Below, piece by piece: positions 26,308 through 36,244 of a DNA stretch of 38,672 nucleotides. The translations under genes and the position numbers were made by a program. This DNA comes from Trichomonas gallinae (Eukaryota). The stretch is taken from contig MRSU01004520.1 of the NCBI GenBank assembly GCA_008369845.1, positions 1 to 38,672 on the forward strand, read 5' to 3'. The notes below the pieces were generated by a model. It worked only from the letters and a program-made list of their open reading frames with translations, had not been told where the DNA came from and searched no databases. The first letter of the stretch is position 1, and the number at the start of each line of letters is the position of its first letter.

Positions 26308-28680
26308 CTAATTTCTAATTGATGATAGAAGGTTTCGAATTTCGTCACTTGCATTTGAAAAACGCGAGTTATTCGAAATCTTTCGTGCACGCTGCTTCAG
26401 GTCATCGTGCTTATTGTATATGAGGAACAAAGCCCTCCCGCAAAAGTCAATCGGGAAGTTGTTGACGAGTTCCATCCTGACCATCATCGAGTAAGCAATT
26501 TCCTGCTCCTCCAGTGCCTTATATAGGACATATTGGGCGTAAGTATTCTCCCACATCTTCACGCAGTAGTGAATGAACCTCCTGTCGAATTCTTTCTGCT
26601 TCGCTGCGCATATAAAGCATATGTCTCTCAAAATGCTGTTGCCAGATGTAATGAGGGGTAGATATGTCGAGTGCGGAATTCTGTCGCACAAGCCTAATAC
26701 AAGAGCAGCCCTCAAAACAGCTTCAACAAGCATAATGTTCTTTTTGTGCAGGAGAATGACGAACTTATCTGCGATTACCGACTTCAGTGAATCAGATAAC
26801 GTGTGCCCGGAATATAATAACTTCAGCGTCAATAATATGTCGTTGTCGCTTGTCGCTTTGATGAATGATTCTTCTACGAGGCCGTTTTTGCAGGCTGTGA
26901 CTATTATTGCTGTGTCTGTTGATTTTGAGCCAGTGGGAACTTTATCTAGAAAAGGTTTGATTGTCGACATATTGACAGTCTTCGATGGCAGATTTCTGAG
27001 AAGGTTGATGACTGATGCTGCTGACGTAGAATTCAAAAAGAAAAGTGCAGCAGTGGAGAGAATCTCGTGATTGTTGCACGACATGTTTTTCGAAAATATC
27101 TGGAAGAATCTTTCTGAAACAGCTGACGGCAACTTCGCCTTCGAGAATTTTTTAACTAAATCCTCGAAACTTATTTGATTTGATTCGAGTTCGTCCATTG
27201 CTTTTGTCCAATCGCTCGCAACATAGATAGGATTGGCCTTGCAATAATCAATGTGCGCTTTGAAGGCTTCCAGGTTGCATCCTTCGAAATAGAATTTGAG
27301 AGTTTCGAGTTTCTCGATGATCTCTGTGAATGTCGGCCTATCCGCTTCATTCTGCGCCCAGCACATCTCGAGTAGTTTCTTCAGAGAGTCAGGCGTGTTA
27401 GAAGGTAGTATAGGACGCGCGCAATCGTCCAAAATTGCTCGCCTGAGTTTGCTTGGATCGTGGAACTGATTGAAAGGCCTGTCGCCTATCAGCATCTCAG
27501 ACAGAAGGATCGCGAACGCGTAGACATCAGTCTTATAAGTGATTTTTCCTGTCGTGAGAAGCTCTGGTGCCATCCATTGTATTGTTCCGACCGTCGAACC
27601 TTTCACTGCTTCTTCTGTGCTTCCGTTTCTGCTCAATCCGAAGTCGCAGATGCGTATATGCAAGTCCTCGTCCAATAATATATTAAGGGACTTTAAATCT
27701 CTGTGTATGATGTCGTTCGCGTGAAGATATTGCATTCCGCGCGCAATGTCGTATAAAGCGATGGAATTCAGCGTGCCGTCTAGTCTGTGCTTGAAGGTTA
27801 AGTCCTCGAAGAGAGAACCGTTCGGCATGTATTCTGTAATGATGCAAAATGGTGGCTTGGCCGTTGCACCGACAAAGCCCACAATACATGGATGCGGGAT
27901 CTCGGAGAGCCTCGCGAAGACGGAAACTTCACGCTGATAGACTTGAAAACGCGCTGTGTTGTAGTTTGATAATGTGAACTTTTTTAAAGCGACAATTTGA
28001 TTTGTACGGGTGTTTATACCCTTGTAAACGACTCCTGTGAGTCCAAAACCGATATCATTTTGAAATTCGAAATCTTTTATCGAAACTTTGAAATTCGAGT
28101 ATTGTTTAGGTATTGGTGAGAAATCTGTCTCTGATAAGTTGAATGTAGCATTGTATTCTGCTAGTTTTGCTGATATTTCGATGATTCGCTGTTGCAAACT
28201 ATTAATTATTTCTACGCTCGGCTGTGATTCGATGTTGTATTGTGAAAACGAAGATACTATGGCCTTGAGATCAATAGTATGCAATCTAAGAAGGTCTTCG
28301 CTGTTTGGATCAAAAAATTTATCAATCTCAGGATAAACATTTGCAAGAGCTTCTGCCAAATTCTGGAAGAACTCCTGAGTATTTTCGTAACAAATGTTGC
28401 ATGGCTGCTCGATTGTGTTGTTTGTCCACGTTTCAAGTTTGAATTTCTCTAAAACGTCAACAAAAGACTTCAAAAGATCAATGACTTTTGATATTGAGTC
28501 TTTTTCTTCGTCAGTTACGTTGTCTTCGCCATTCTGCGAGTGATACCAATTGTAAAATTTTTTCAATTGCAGCAAAACGAAGTCAAACTTCCTTCTGTGG
28601 GCTGCTGTCTGCGTTTCGATCGCCTCCAATGCGTTTATCGCACGATAGAAGGAACGAAACAAAGCAGATCTAACAACCAT
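26308..28680 (-). CDS. TKL-family protein kinase with an N-terminal helical bundle (MLKL-NTD-like) and a C-terminal helical domain
   Basis: Intact kinase motifs GFGLTGVV, VALK, HRDLKSLN, DFG, GTIQWMAPE, DVYAFA and CW....RPTF; ~175-aa helical N-terminus and ~300-aa helical C-terminus. Confidence 0.95.
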   Translation of the reverse strand: MVVRSALFRSFYRAINALEAIETQTAAHRRKFDFVLLQLKKFYNWYHSQNGEDNVTDEEKDSISKVIDLLKSFVDVLEKFKLETWTNNTIEQPCNICYENTQEFFQNLAEALANVYPEIDKFFDPNSEDLLRLHTIDLKAIVSSFSQYNIESQPSVEIINSLQQRIIEISAKLAEYNATFNLSETDFSPIPKQYSNFKVSIKDFEFQNDIGFGLTGVVYKGINTRTNQIVALKKFTLSNYNTARFQVYQREVSVFARLSEIPHPCIVGFVGATAKPPFCIITEYMPNGSLFEDLTFKHRLDGTLNSIALYDIARGMQYLHANDIIHRDLKSLNILLDEDLHIRICDFGLSRNGSTEEAVKGSTVGTIQWMAPELLTTGKITYKTDVYAFAILLSEMLIGDRPFNQFHDPSKLRRAILDDCARPILPSNTPDSLKKLLEMCWAQNEADRPTFTEIIEKLETLKFYFEGCNLEAFKAHIDYCKANPIYVASDWTKAMDELESNQISFEDLVKKFSKAKLPSAVSERFFQIFSKNMSCNNHEILSTAALFFLNSTSAASVINLLRNLPSKTVNMSTIKPFLDKVPTGSKSTDTAIIVTACKNGLVEESFIKATSDNDILLTLKLLYSGHTLSDSLKSVIADKFVILLHKKNIMLVEAVLRAALVLGLCDRIPHSTYLPLITSGNSILRDICFICAAKQKEFDRRFIHYCVKMWENTYAQYVLYKALEEQEIAYSMMVRMELVNNFPIDFCGRALFLIYNKHDDLKQRARKISNNSRFSNASDEIRNLLSSIRN

Positions 28681-29102
28681 AAATTTTTGAAAAATAAAAT
28701 CTCAAATTTTTATTCCATTCGCTTGATTTTAGGTTGCTTTGATTGTTTTTGGATCAATTTTTCAGTTTCATGGCAAAATTAAAGAAAATTCAAGGTTTAA
28801 CTTGATTTTCACTTTTGATGTAACATGAGAATCTGCTACATTATGCAATTTGATAAACTGAAACGCAAAAAAACAAAATTTTGTGATTGAAAAAAATTCA
28901 TACCCAATGCTTAATTTCACACAACATATTCTCAAGATATTCGCTGACATAATAAACAACTAACAATTATTGGAGTTTGTTCAAATAGAGACAAGTCTAA
29001 TGCATATATATACAAAATGAAAAACGAAAAAAATGAGTTTTTTTTATGACATACTTGGTCGGAGAAACTGCGGACATATGCATTTGATGTTGATATATGT
29101 GG

Positions 29103-29267
29103 AATCTTTGCGCGAGAGGTAGTAGTTGTCTGACTTTTAGAACAACTTTGACAATATCATGATGGTCATATATCGAAGCATAAATCAAAGCTTTATTGTC
29201 ATCAAATCATTGAATTGCGACATATTGTCCACTCTGAATGCTGCTAATCTTTGCGCGAGAGGTAGTA
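29103..29267. repeat. Perfect 22-bp direct repeat flanking a 121-bp segment
   Basis: AATCTTTGCGCGAGAGGTAGTA at 29103-29124 and 29246-29267; the match extends to about 31 bp with 2 mismatches. Confidence 0.95.
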
Positions 29268-29416
29268 TTTGTATGAACATAGCTGTGAAAAAAAATAGGC
29301 CTGAATTTGTGATGGTTGTTGGAAGGAATATGTGTTGAGCAGCATGCTGAGAAGGAAAACAAAGTTCTTGATCATGTGTGGACTGGGCACTGCAAACTTG
29401 GTCAAACTCCATCAAA
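29130..29416 (-). pseudogene. Degenerate ankyrin-repeat gene remnant (copy 2, homologous to 19348-19636)
   Basis: 29416-29364 aligns at DNA level with 19631-19574 (ATGGAGTTTGA.C.AGTT.G.A.TGCCCAGTCCA...CATGAT.AAGAAC). 29147-29203 aligns with 19402-19461 and reads DDNKALIYASIYDHHDIVKVVL on the minus strand. Confidence 0.8.
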
Positions 29417-30136
29417 CGGTTTTGAAAAAAAAAAAAATAAATGTAGGCAACAATTTTTTTTTCGTTTTTCACTTTTCACTTTTTTTTTGGAAAAAAAATG
29501 ACCATTGATGAAAATAACACAACGAGAGAATGATAGCAAGCCTTGAGAATATAATAATTGAGCTGTATAAAGACTCCTGTGTAATATTATGTTCTTATTT
29601 TATAAGTGGCTCATAGTGTTCAGCTCCTCTACTTCAACAAAATGGTACGAAAAAATTAGCCGAAGTCATCCAAAGGAGGTTATCAAGTATGAATTCAGAA
29701 GAGAAAAGAGCATAATTATGTTGCTTGTTAGGTTGGCCCATTAACGTACTTAAAGAAAACATGATTTTTCGTCAAAAATAGGCATCCATGATGGCATAAA
29801 ATGATATCTATTGTATTACTGTTAAATATTCCAGAATGACTTGTGAGTTGATATAATTGGGTGATGAGTCACATTTCTATCTCTTAAATTAAAATAAACA
29901 TATACTATCTATAATAAGCTGCTACTGCTTAAGAATGACTTCGATAAATTTTCGAAACTCTCCCAATATCACGAATTGGATAAAAACATATATTGATGAG
30001 ATAATAACTTATTCAGACTTTTTACGAGCGATTGTATATTGTCAAAAAACATATTTTAATGAGTCATTTATCAGTGTTTGCGAAGTTTTAAATGGAGAAC
30101 AAAAACTGTTGATTAAAAAAAACACACATATTAAAA

Positions 30137-33100
30137 TCATTTATTCCTCTCCATGATGATAGTTATTGGCTCATCTTGTTTCTTCTTCTTGTTATTGATG
30201 AGCAATTGTATCTCGGCGTGCTGGAGGACATTCCTCACCTGCTCAGAGACAGGATCAGGCATCCTCTCATATATTTCTCCTACGTCTTTTTCTGTTGTCA
30301 CTGTGACTATGCCGATTCCGTAGTCTTTCACGATTATGCTTCCATCAGACATCATCACTGGCGTCGTTCTTCTCTCGAGGGCCGGCATGCACATAGAGAC
30401 ATCAGCCTCTGCTTCAGGAACTTTGAGGACGCAGGCATCTCCACTGTTGAGGTACTCTTCGATGTATTTCTCAGTGAGTTCGTTTTTGGCCAAGTTGCGA
30501 AGACTGAACAAAGCAATTAAAACATCAGTTCTTGTGACTTTTTCGGAATGCAAAGCTTTTTCAACGCCACGTTTGAAATCGTTGATGCTGCCGACTAAAG
30601 GCTCCAAGACTGTCTTAACGACAGCTGGTGCTGGGTCTTCGATATAAGACATGTTTTCGAGAATTATATTCGTTAGCTCTAAATCAGCGGATCCGCCAAC
30701 ATCGATGTGCTCTTTGTATGATTTGAACGCGTTCTGGTACTGCCCTGCCATTCCAGCGAGAACAGCGCATCCAATATGCAGGTGGTGGTGTAGACATGTT
30801 TCGTTTGCTGCTGACCTGGAAACATTGGGAGACGTCCTCAAAAACTTGATAATGTGTTGAGTATCACGCTTTTGTGAAAGATAATGAATATATGCTGATG
30901 TGTCTTCTTGCGAAACAATTGGTGGGTCATCGATCGAAAACAATGTGTCAAAATACAATTTAGCATCGCACGGCTGTGTTATCTCGATGACTTTGTTCGG
31001 GTGAAGTGACGGGAATTTTGCGAAAACTAATTTGATTAATCTTCTTGGATTCAAATATAAAAGTGGCCTGAATAACTGCGTCAAGGTAACTCTTGCTCGA
31101 TCCCTGTCTCCATCGAACTGTTCGAACAGTTGTAACGCGTCTTCAGGCGAATCGCTAAGCAGACAGCTCTCTGCACGCAACTTTAAGTCGCCGTCGCCAT
31201 GTGACAATCTTTGCACGACGCAAGAAAAGCCAGCCCTCGCAGCGTGGAACTTGAACTGCGATATGTCAATGTGCTGGTGATAATCTATATCTATGATTCT
31301 CAAAAACAGGCTTTCCCTTATAACCCTCGGAGCTGTGCTAGTGAATATATACTTCAAGATTGTCGAAACTGAAGCAGCTGGAACAGGAATCGAGTCTGTT
31401 ATTGATTTCTGCGCGATTAAAGTGAACAACTCGTCAGCCGTCGGTGGCTCAGCTTTCTCGAAGCACAAAAACATCGATCTGACAATGTCAGAAGTGTTGA
31501 TACTCTGCTGCATTGATACTTTTATCGGCGCACAACTCAAGAAGTTTTCTGCGAGTTCTTTTGCCATAGACCAGTCGGCGGCGAAAACTGTTTGAAGTCT
31601 CTTCTTGCCAGGAGCGAGAAGCCAGATGATGCATACATTAGTTTTGGACTTCGCAAATGAATCAGTCAGAAATACATATTTGCATGTTTGCGCGATATTT
31701 ACTGGGTCATCGCTTTCTATAATTTTTGCAAAAGCAGGCAAAATGTCGTCAAAAAATCTGTCAAAGGTGTGCAAAACGAATCTAGAGAATTGTAGTTCGA
31801 TTCCTATTGTAATTGCATTCTGTAGGAAGCTGCTGCTGAGAGGACTCGACAACAAAGCGTCTTCTACGTTTTTATTGCCGATTGGCTTTAATTTGGAAAG
31901 TTCGTCAATGACTCTCGATGTTACTTCAGGGCGGACCTCATCGCACTTAAGTAATGAAATGCAGAAATCAAGCTTAGAAGCTGGTGATGACAAAAATTTC
32001 AAAATGTCGTCCAATGTCAAATCGAGAATATCTCCCCTCGTTATGCAATCAGCGACGAAATGATACTGTGCTTTAGAAAAAGAAGGTGAGTGCACTAATA
32101 ATAATATAGCGTTGCGGAGCTGTTGCCTGAGTGTGTCGATTTTCGTTGACGCAGAGAAAAACGAAGAATCGCCGCAATATATGGAAACCGCGAGTTCTGC
32201 TGCATCTGAGAAGTTTCCCTTTTCAAGGAGTAACTTGATATGTGCATCGAAGTCTTGTATCTCAATGGCTCCGAAAGGAAGCAGAGAAATCGAGTTGGTC
32301 GATGATGAAATTAAATCGGATGAAAAAGGCAGCTCATCGTATTCGCTGCATATTTCATCAAAAACATTGCATAGTGTTATGCATTTTTCAGTAACAACTG
32401 AGAGCAGAATTGGTGAAATAAAGCCGATATAAAGAATTTTTTCGGAAAATTCGAATTTTGACTTCTTTGGTGATGTGCAAGAATCTGTAAGTTTGTGGAT
32501 AGTAATATTATGATCATCGCTGATAGCTAAATAGAAATGCCACTCATTATTTACGAATGAAAATTTGCATTCGTCTGTAACATCGAATATTGCAGCTATT
32601 CTGTATGAATATATCAGATCGTATACTATGAGTTGATTTGGATGAAGAACGGCTAAGAATAATAAAGATTTGTCAATTGGATAACAGCAGCTGATCTTTT
32701 TGATTGGTAAATTTGTCTGAAATGATTCTTTTTCGTTGATAAATAAGAACAAAGAGATCGAAGAAGCTTCAAATTTTCTGATTAATCCATTTTCATGCGC
32801 AACTAAGAAAGATTCGAATGATCCTTGGAACGCAACTGAGGTTATTTTCGATTTGTCTGCGATATTTATCGATGAAACTGCATTTTGCTTTTTGATTTCC
32901 CAAAGAATTATTGATCCATCTTCATGTGCTGTGAGCGCGTAAATTTCACAAGGAGAAATAGCCATAGCGGCTATTTTTGCCGTAATATTTTTATATGAAC
33001 TTGAAAAAAATGCCTTTTTTTCTTTAATTAAATAAAACAAAGGCTGTGATTTTCCAGCATTCAATGCAATAACTGATGGAGATGAACAGCAGTCCATTAT

Positions 33101-33184
33101 TTTAGTGATATTATTCTGTTGAATGAACTTTGTAAGCTCATCGAATGCCACTGTTGAATATGATAAATAATCTTCACTTTGCAT
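30137..33184 (-). CDS. VPS8: Vps8-like CORVET subunit (WD40 propeller plus alpha-solenoid)
   Basis: ATG at 33184. WD40 segment IAAMAIS...ALTAHEDGSIILWEI; HIKLLLEKGNFSDAAELAVSIYCG; CHCR-like YIHYLSQ....IIKFLRTS........C......AVL...GQYQNA. All match the Vps8 layout. Confidence 0.75.
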   Translation of the reverse strand: MQSEDYLSYSTVAFDELTKFIQQNNITKIMDCCSSPSVIALNAGKSQPLFYLIKEKKAFFSSSYKNITAKIAAMAISPCEIYALTAHEDGSIILWEIKKQNAVSSINIADKSKITSVAFQGSFESFLVAHENGLIRKFEASSISLFLFINEKESFQTNLPIKKISCCYPIDKSLLFLAVLHPNQLIVYDLIYSYRIAAIFDVTDECKFSFVNNEWHFYLAISDDHNITIHKLTDSCTSPKKSKFEFSEKILYIGFISPILLSVVTEKCITLCNVFDEICSEYDELPFSSDLISSSTNSISLLPFGAIEIQDFDAHIKLLLEKGNFSDAAELAVSIYCGDSSFFSASTKIDTLRQQLRNAILLLVHSPSFSKAQYHFVADCITRGDILDLTLDDILKFLSSPASKLDFCISLLKCDEVRPEVTSRVIDELSKLKPIGNKNVEDALLSSPLSSSFLQNAITIGIELQFSRFVLHTFDRFFDDILPAFAKIIESDDPVNIAQTCKYVFLTDSFAKSKTNVCIIWLLAPGKKRLQTVFAADWSMAKELAENFLSCAPIKVSMQQSINTSDIVRSMFLCFEKAEPPTADELFTLIAQKSITDSIPVPAASVSTILKYIFTSTAPRVIRESLFLRIIDIDYHQHIDISQFKFHAARAGFSCVVQRLSHGDGDLKLRAESCLLSDSPEDALQLFEQFDGDRDRARVTLTQLFRPLLYLNPRRLIKLVFAKFPSLHPNKVIEITQPCDAKLYFDTLFSIDDPPIVSQEDTSAYIHYLSQKRDTQHIIKFLRTSPNVSRSAANETCLHHHLHIGCAVLAGMAGQYQNAFKSYKEHIDVGGSADLELTNIILENMSYIEDPAPAVVKTVLEPLVGSINDFKRGVEKALHSEKVTRTDVLIALFSLRNLAKNELTEKYIEEYLNSGDACVLKVPEAEADVSMCMPALERRTTPVMMSDGSIIVKDYGIGIVTVTTEKDVGEIYERMPDPVSEQVRNVLQHAEIQLLINNKKKKQDEPITIIMERNK

Positions 33185-33204
33185 TGTCACTTTTATGAAA
33201 TTTC

Positions 33205-33522
33205 ATGACAATAAAATATTTACTTGACAAATATATTGAAAAATTTCAAAAAAATATGACAATAAACATATTTACTTGGCAAATCTGTGAAAATTGTTTC
33301 GTAAGATTAGAAATAGAACCTGATTATCATTATCATATGATTTATTAAACAAAAACGTTTAAATGGCAAATTTATAAAAAATTCTAAAGAATATGACAAT
33401 AAAAATATTTACATGACAAATTATTATAAATTTTTTAAAAAAATATCGTTTACATGGCAATTTAGACAAATTGTTTTGTAATATTAAAAATAGGATCTAC
33501 TTATAATTATTATATGATTTAT
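33205..33522. repeat. Nested duplications in the divergent Vps8/Tom36-46-like promoter region
   Basis: ATGACAATAAA(.)ATATTTAC(T/A)TG(A/G)CAAAT at 33205, 33256 and 33393; the ~75-bp block 33271-33345 is repeated at 33449-33522. Confidence 0.88.
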
Positions 33523-33753
33523 GATATATAAACGAAAAAATGTAAAATATTTTGGCAATTTTCAGCGAAAACGTATTGATATGACATTGTAGAAAGCTCC
33601 ATTTACACATAAATGACTAAATAAATACTGTTAAAACAGTATTTTTCGATTTGATATTTTTGATTATAAAAAAAATATTAATAACAGTCATATAATATAT
33701 GAGATTTAGTATATCTAGAACGTTGAGAACATATTCTTCAATCATAATTATTA

Positions 33754-34896
33754 ATGAGTTCTTTCTTAACTCCTCAAGTTTATATCGAGGATCCAATTAA
33801 TGCTTTTATCAACTCGCGAATTGTTTTAGAGGAAACAGAACGTCAAGAACAACTCCCAGAACAAGTATTATCTGAAAAAAGACTTGAGCCAATATGTGAA
33901 AAACTTCAAACAGAGACAGAAGTCTTTGGAAAGATCATAATGTCTCCTATTACAGGATATAAAGGATATGTATGGGATCAGGATGGTGATATGATTACAA
34001 TTCGCTATGCGGCAAAATATCCACTTGTAGAAAACGAAATTGAAATTGATAATACGAAAATTGATACACAATTTTTATCAGGAATCTGGTATGGTTCAGT
34101 AAAACAATATGAATACAAGATTAAAGGAAAAGATATCACGATTACTTTACAAGTCGATAAATTTTGGCCAATTCTCATTAGAGGTGGTAGTATGGATATA
34201 TATTCCGCGTTTCAGCTTGCTAATTACTGTGAAGACTCAGGATTCTCAGATGAAGGATTGATATTACTTAAATATGCAGCAAATAGATATCATGATCAAG
34301 CAATTTTAGCCTTAGCAGAGATTGCTTTGAATGATTCAAGATCTTCTGAAGCATTATACTGGTATTCAAGATATTCAGCTCTCAAAACTAATTTAAGTGC
34401 ACTTACGCGTGTAGCATTTGTGCTTCTCGACTTCGAGGGTGATGAGGCTCGAATTGCAGAGAATCTTTTAATCCAATTATTCCTCGCTGGTGAAAAGGAT
34501 GTTTTGTTCCATCTTGGATATCTTTATTTGAGGCATCCAGGCGATTTCAAAGCCAATGATGAGTTAGCAATTGAATATTTCACACAAGCAGCAAATAATG
34601 GAAATATTCAGGCAATGAATACTCTAGGTAAATGCTATATGAACGGAATCTGTGTACAAAAGGATGTAGAAAAAGGAAAAGAATATCTCAAAAAATCTGG
34701 TGAGTTAGCAATGAAAATGCTCCAGGAAGGAGGAAATGATGGTACTGTAGTAATCGAAAACGAGAATACTCAGGAGCAAAAACCAAAAGAAAATAAGGAT
34801 GATAATCCTTATATAGATGTAGCAATTTCAGCTGGTATAGTTGCAGCAGTTGGCCTTGGAGCTGCATTTTTGTATCGTAGAATATTTAGAAAATAA
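33754..34896 (+). CDS. CS/Hsp20-like plus Sel1/TPR tail-anchored protein (Tom36/Tom46/Homp38-like hydrogenosomal outer membrane protein)
   Basis: CS-domain pattern YVWDQDGDMITI...ITITLQ..KFWPIL; Sel1 repeats (AIEYFTQAANNGNIQAMNTLGKCYMNGICVQKDVEKGKEYL); C-terminal TM VAISAGIVAAVGLGAAFLY followed by basic RRIFRK*. Confidence 0.75.
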   Translation: MSSFLTPQVYIEDPINAFINSRIVLEETERQEQLPEQVLSEKRLEPICEKLQTETEVFGKIIMSPITGYKGYVWDQDGDMITIRYAAKYPLVENEIEIDNTKIDTQFLSGIWYGSVKQYEYKIKGKDITITLQVDKFWPILIRGGSMDIYSAFQLANYCEDSGFSDEGLILLKYAANRYHDQAILALAEIALNDSRSSEALYWYSRYSALKTNLSALTRVAFVLLDFEGDEARIAENLLIQLFLAGEKDVLFHLGYLYLRHPGDFKANDELAIEYFTQAANNGNIQAMNTLGKCYMNGICVQKDVEKGKEYLKKSGELAMKMLQEGGNDGTVVIENENTQEQKPKENKDDNPYIDVAISAGIVAAVGLGAAFLYRRIFRK

Positions 34897-35473
34897 GTTT
34901 ATATATTCATCAAAAATAAAATCTTGCATTTTATCTAAATAGATTGTCCAAAATATCAATATAATACAGATGCATACAAGTACTAAAATATTTATCACTA
35001 AATCTGAAGAGATAAATTTTTATATAATATTGCAATATATAAAAATCGTATTTATAAAACATGAACTTGTCCAACACATTCAACACTACGTTCTCAATCA
35101 TAAAAGATGTGAAAATAGTATCATTGATCAAATATTCAAAAATCAAAATATTTATAAAAAACAAACTCAACAAGCATGATATGATATCTTAAACCAAGCA
35201 TTGATATTAATAGCTGGCAATATTTAAATCAGCAGCTATTCACATATATGATATTACGGAAGCAAAAAATAAATTGTCATTTTACATCACTAAAGTATTG
35301 AAATATTTAATTTACATGTCAAAAGAATAAAAATATGTAATTTACATGACATAATTTTGCACTTTTTAGGCATAACTACATATTTACAATATACACCACA
35401 AAATATACATGAAAAATTAAAAATTAAAAGTTTTGGTCGATGTTAAAATTGAGGGGAAAATAATCGTTGACGG

Positions 35474-35478
35474 CCTTT
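35474..35478 (+). promoter_or_regulatory. CCTTT (M5-like) core promoter element of RPS13
   Basis: GACGGCCTTTTTATCAATG; CCTTT is recalled as a trichomonad initiation element enriched in ribosomal protein genes. Confidence 0.6.
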
Positions 35479-35484
35479 TTATCA

Positions 35485-35940
35485 ATGGGTCGTCTCCATT
35501 CTCCAGGCAAGGGTATCAGCTCCTCCACATGCCCATACCGTCGTTCTGCCCCACACTGGCTCCAGTACAACGCTGAGCAGACAGTTCAAATGATCTGCGA
35601 TTACGCTAAGAAGGGTGTCCGCCCATCTCAGATCGGCGCCCTCCTTCGTGACCGCAATGGCATCGGTATGGTCCGCGCTGTCACAGGCGTTAAGGTTCTC
35701 CGTATCCTTAAGGCTAATGGCCTCGCCCCATCCCTTCCAGAGGAACTTTACTACCTCATCAAGAAGGCTACAAACGTTCGCAAGCACCTCGAGCATGCTA
35801 AGCACGATGTTGATGGCAAATACCGCCTTATTCTCATCGAGTCCAGAATTCACCGCCTTACACGCTACTACAAAGCCCGCCGTGTTCTTGCTCCAAACTG
35901 GAAGTACAGCGCTCAGACAGCCTCTGCTCTCGTTGCCTAA
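35485..35940 (+). CDS. RPS13: 40S ribosomal protein S13 (uS15)
   Basis: 151 aa from ATG 35485: [31 protein letters not shown]....[30 protein letters not shown]. Confidence 0.99.
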   Translation: MGRLHSPGKGISSSTCPYRRSAPHWLQYNAEQTVQMICDYAKKGVRPSQIGALLRDRNGIGMVRAVTGVKVLRILKANGLAPSLPEELYYLIKKATNVRKHLEHAKHDVDGKYRLILIESRIHRLTRYYKARRVLAPNWKYSAQTASALVA

Positions 35941-36244
35941 ACATTATTAAAATTTATAATTTAACTTTCAAAATGAAGCTCTTAATGTGATGAAATCCCT
36001 ACTTAATTCTGAAATCCTAGTTATTCACAAAATTTTATCAAAATTTGTCTTATAATAAGAAAATTTTTTTTGCTAGATAATAAATTATAATCAATATCTA
36101 TATGATTTTAAGGCATATTTTAACATTATCTGTTTATGAAGATGAAACACACAACAAATTCTATTGCAATGATGAAAAATTAAAATTAAAATAAATAAAA
36201 AAGTCTTTATATATAACAAAGTTAACATGGATGAAAAAAAGGAA

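Noticed and set aside
29500..29810. Moderately GC-richer stretch with short open frames, a possible gene relic
   Set aside because: No recognisable protein motif in any frame I read.
30176..32942. Series of + strand ORFs antisense to Vps8 (likewise those antisense to both TKL kinases and Med23)
   Set aside because: Antisense shadows with Ser-rich, non-protein-like composition.
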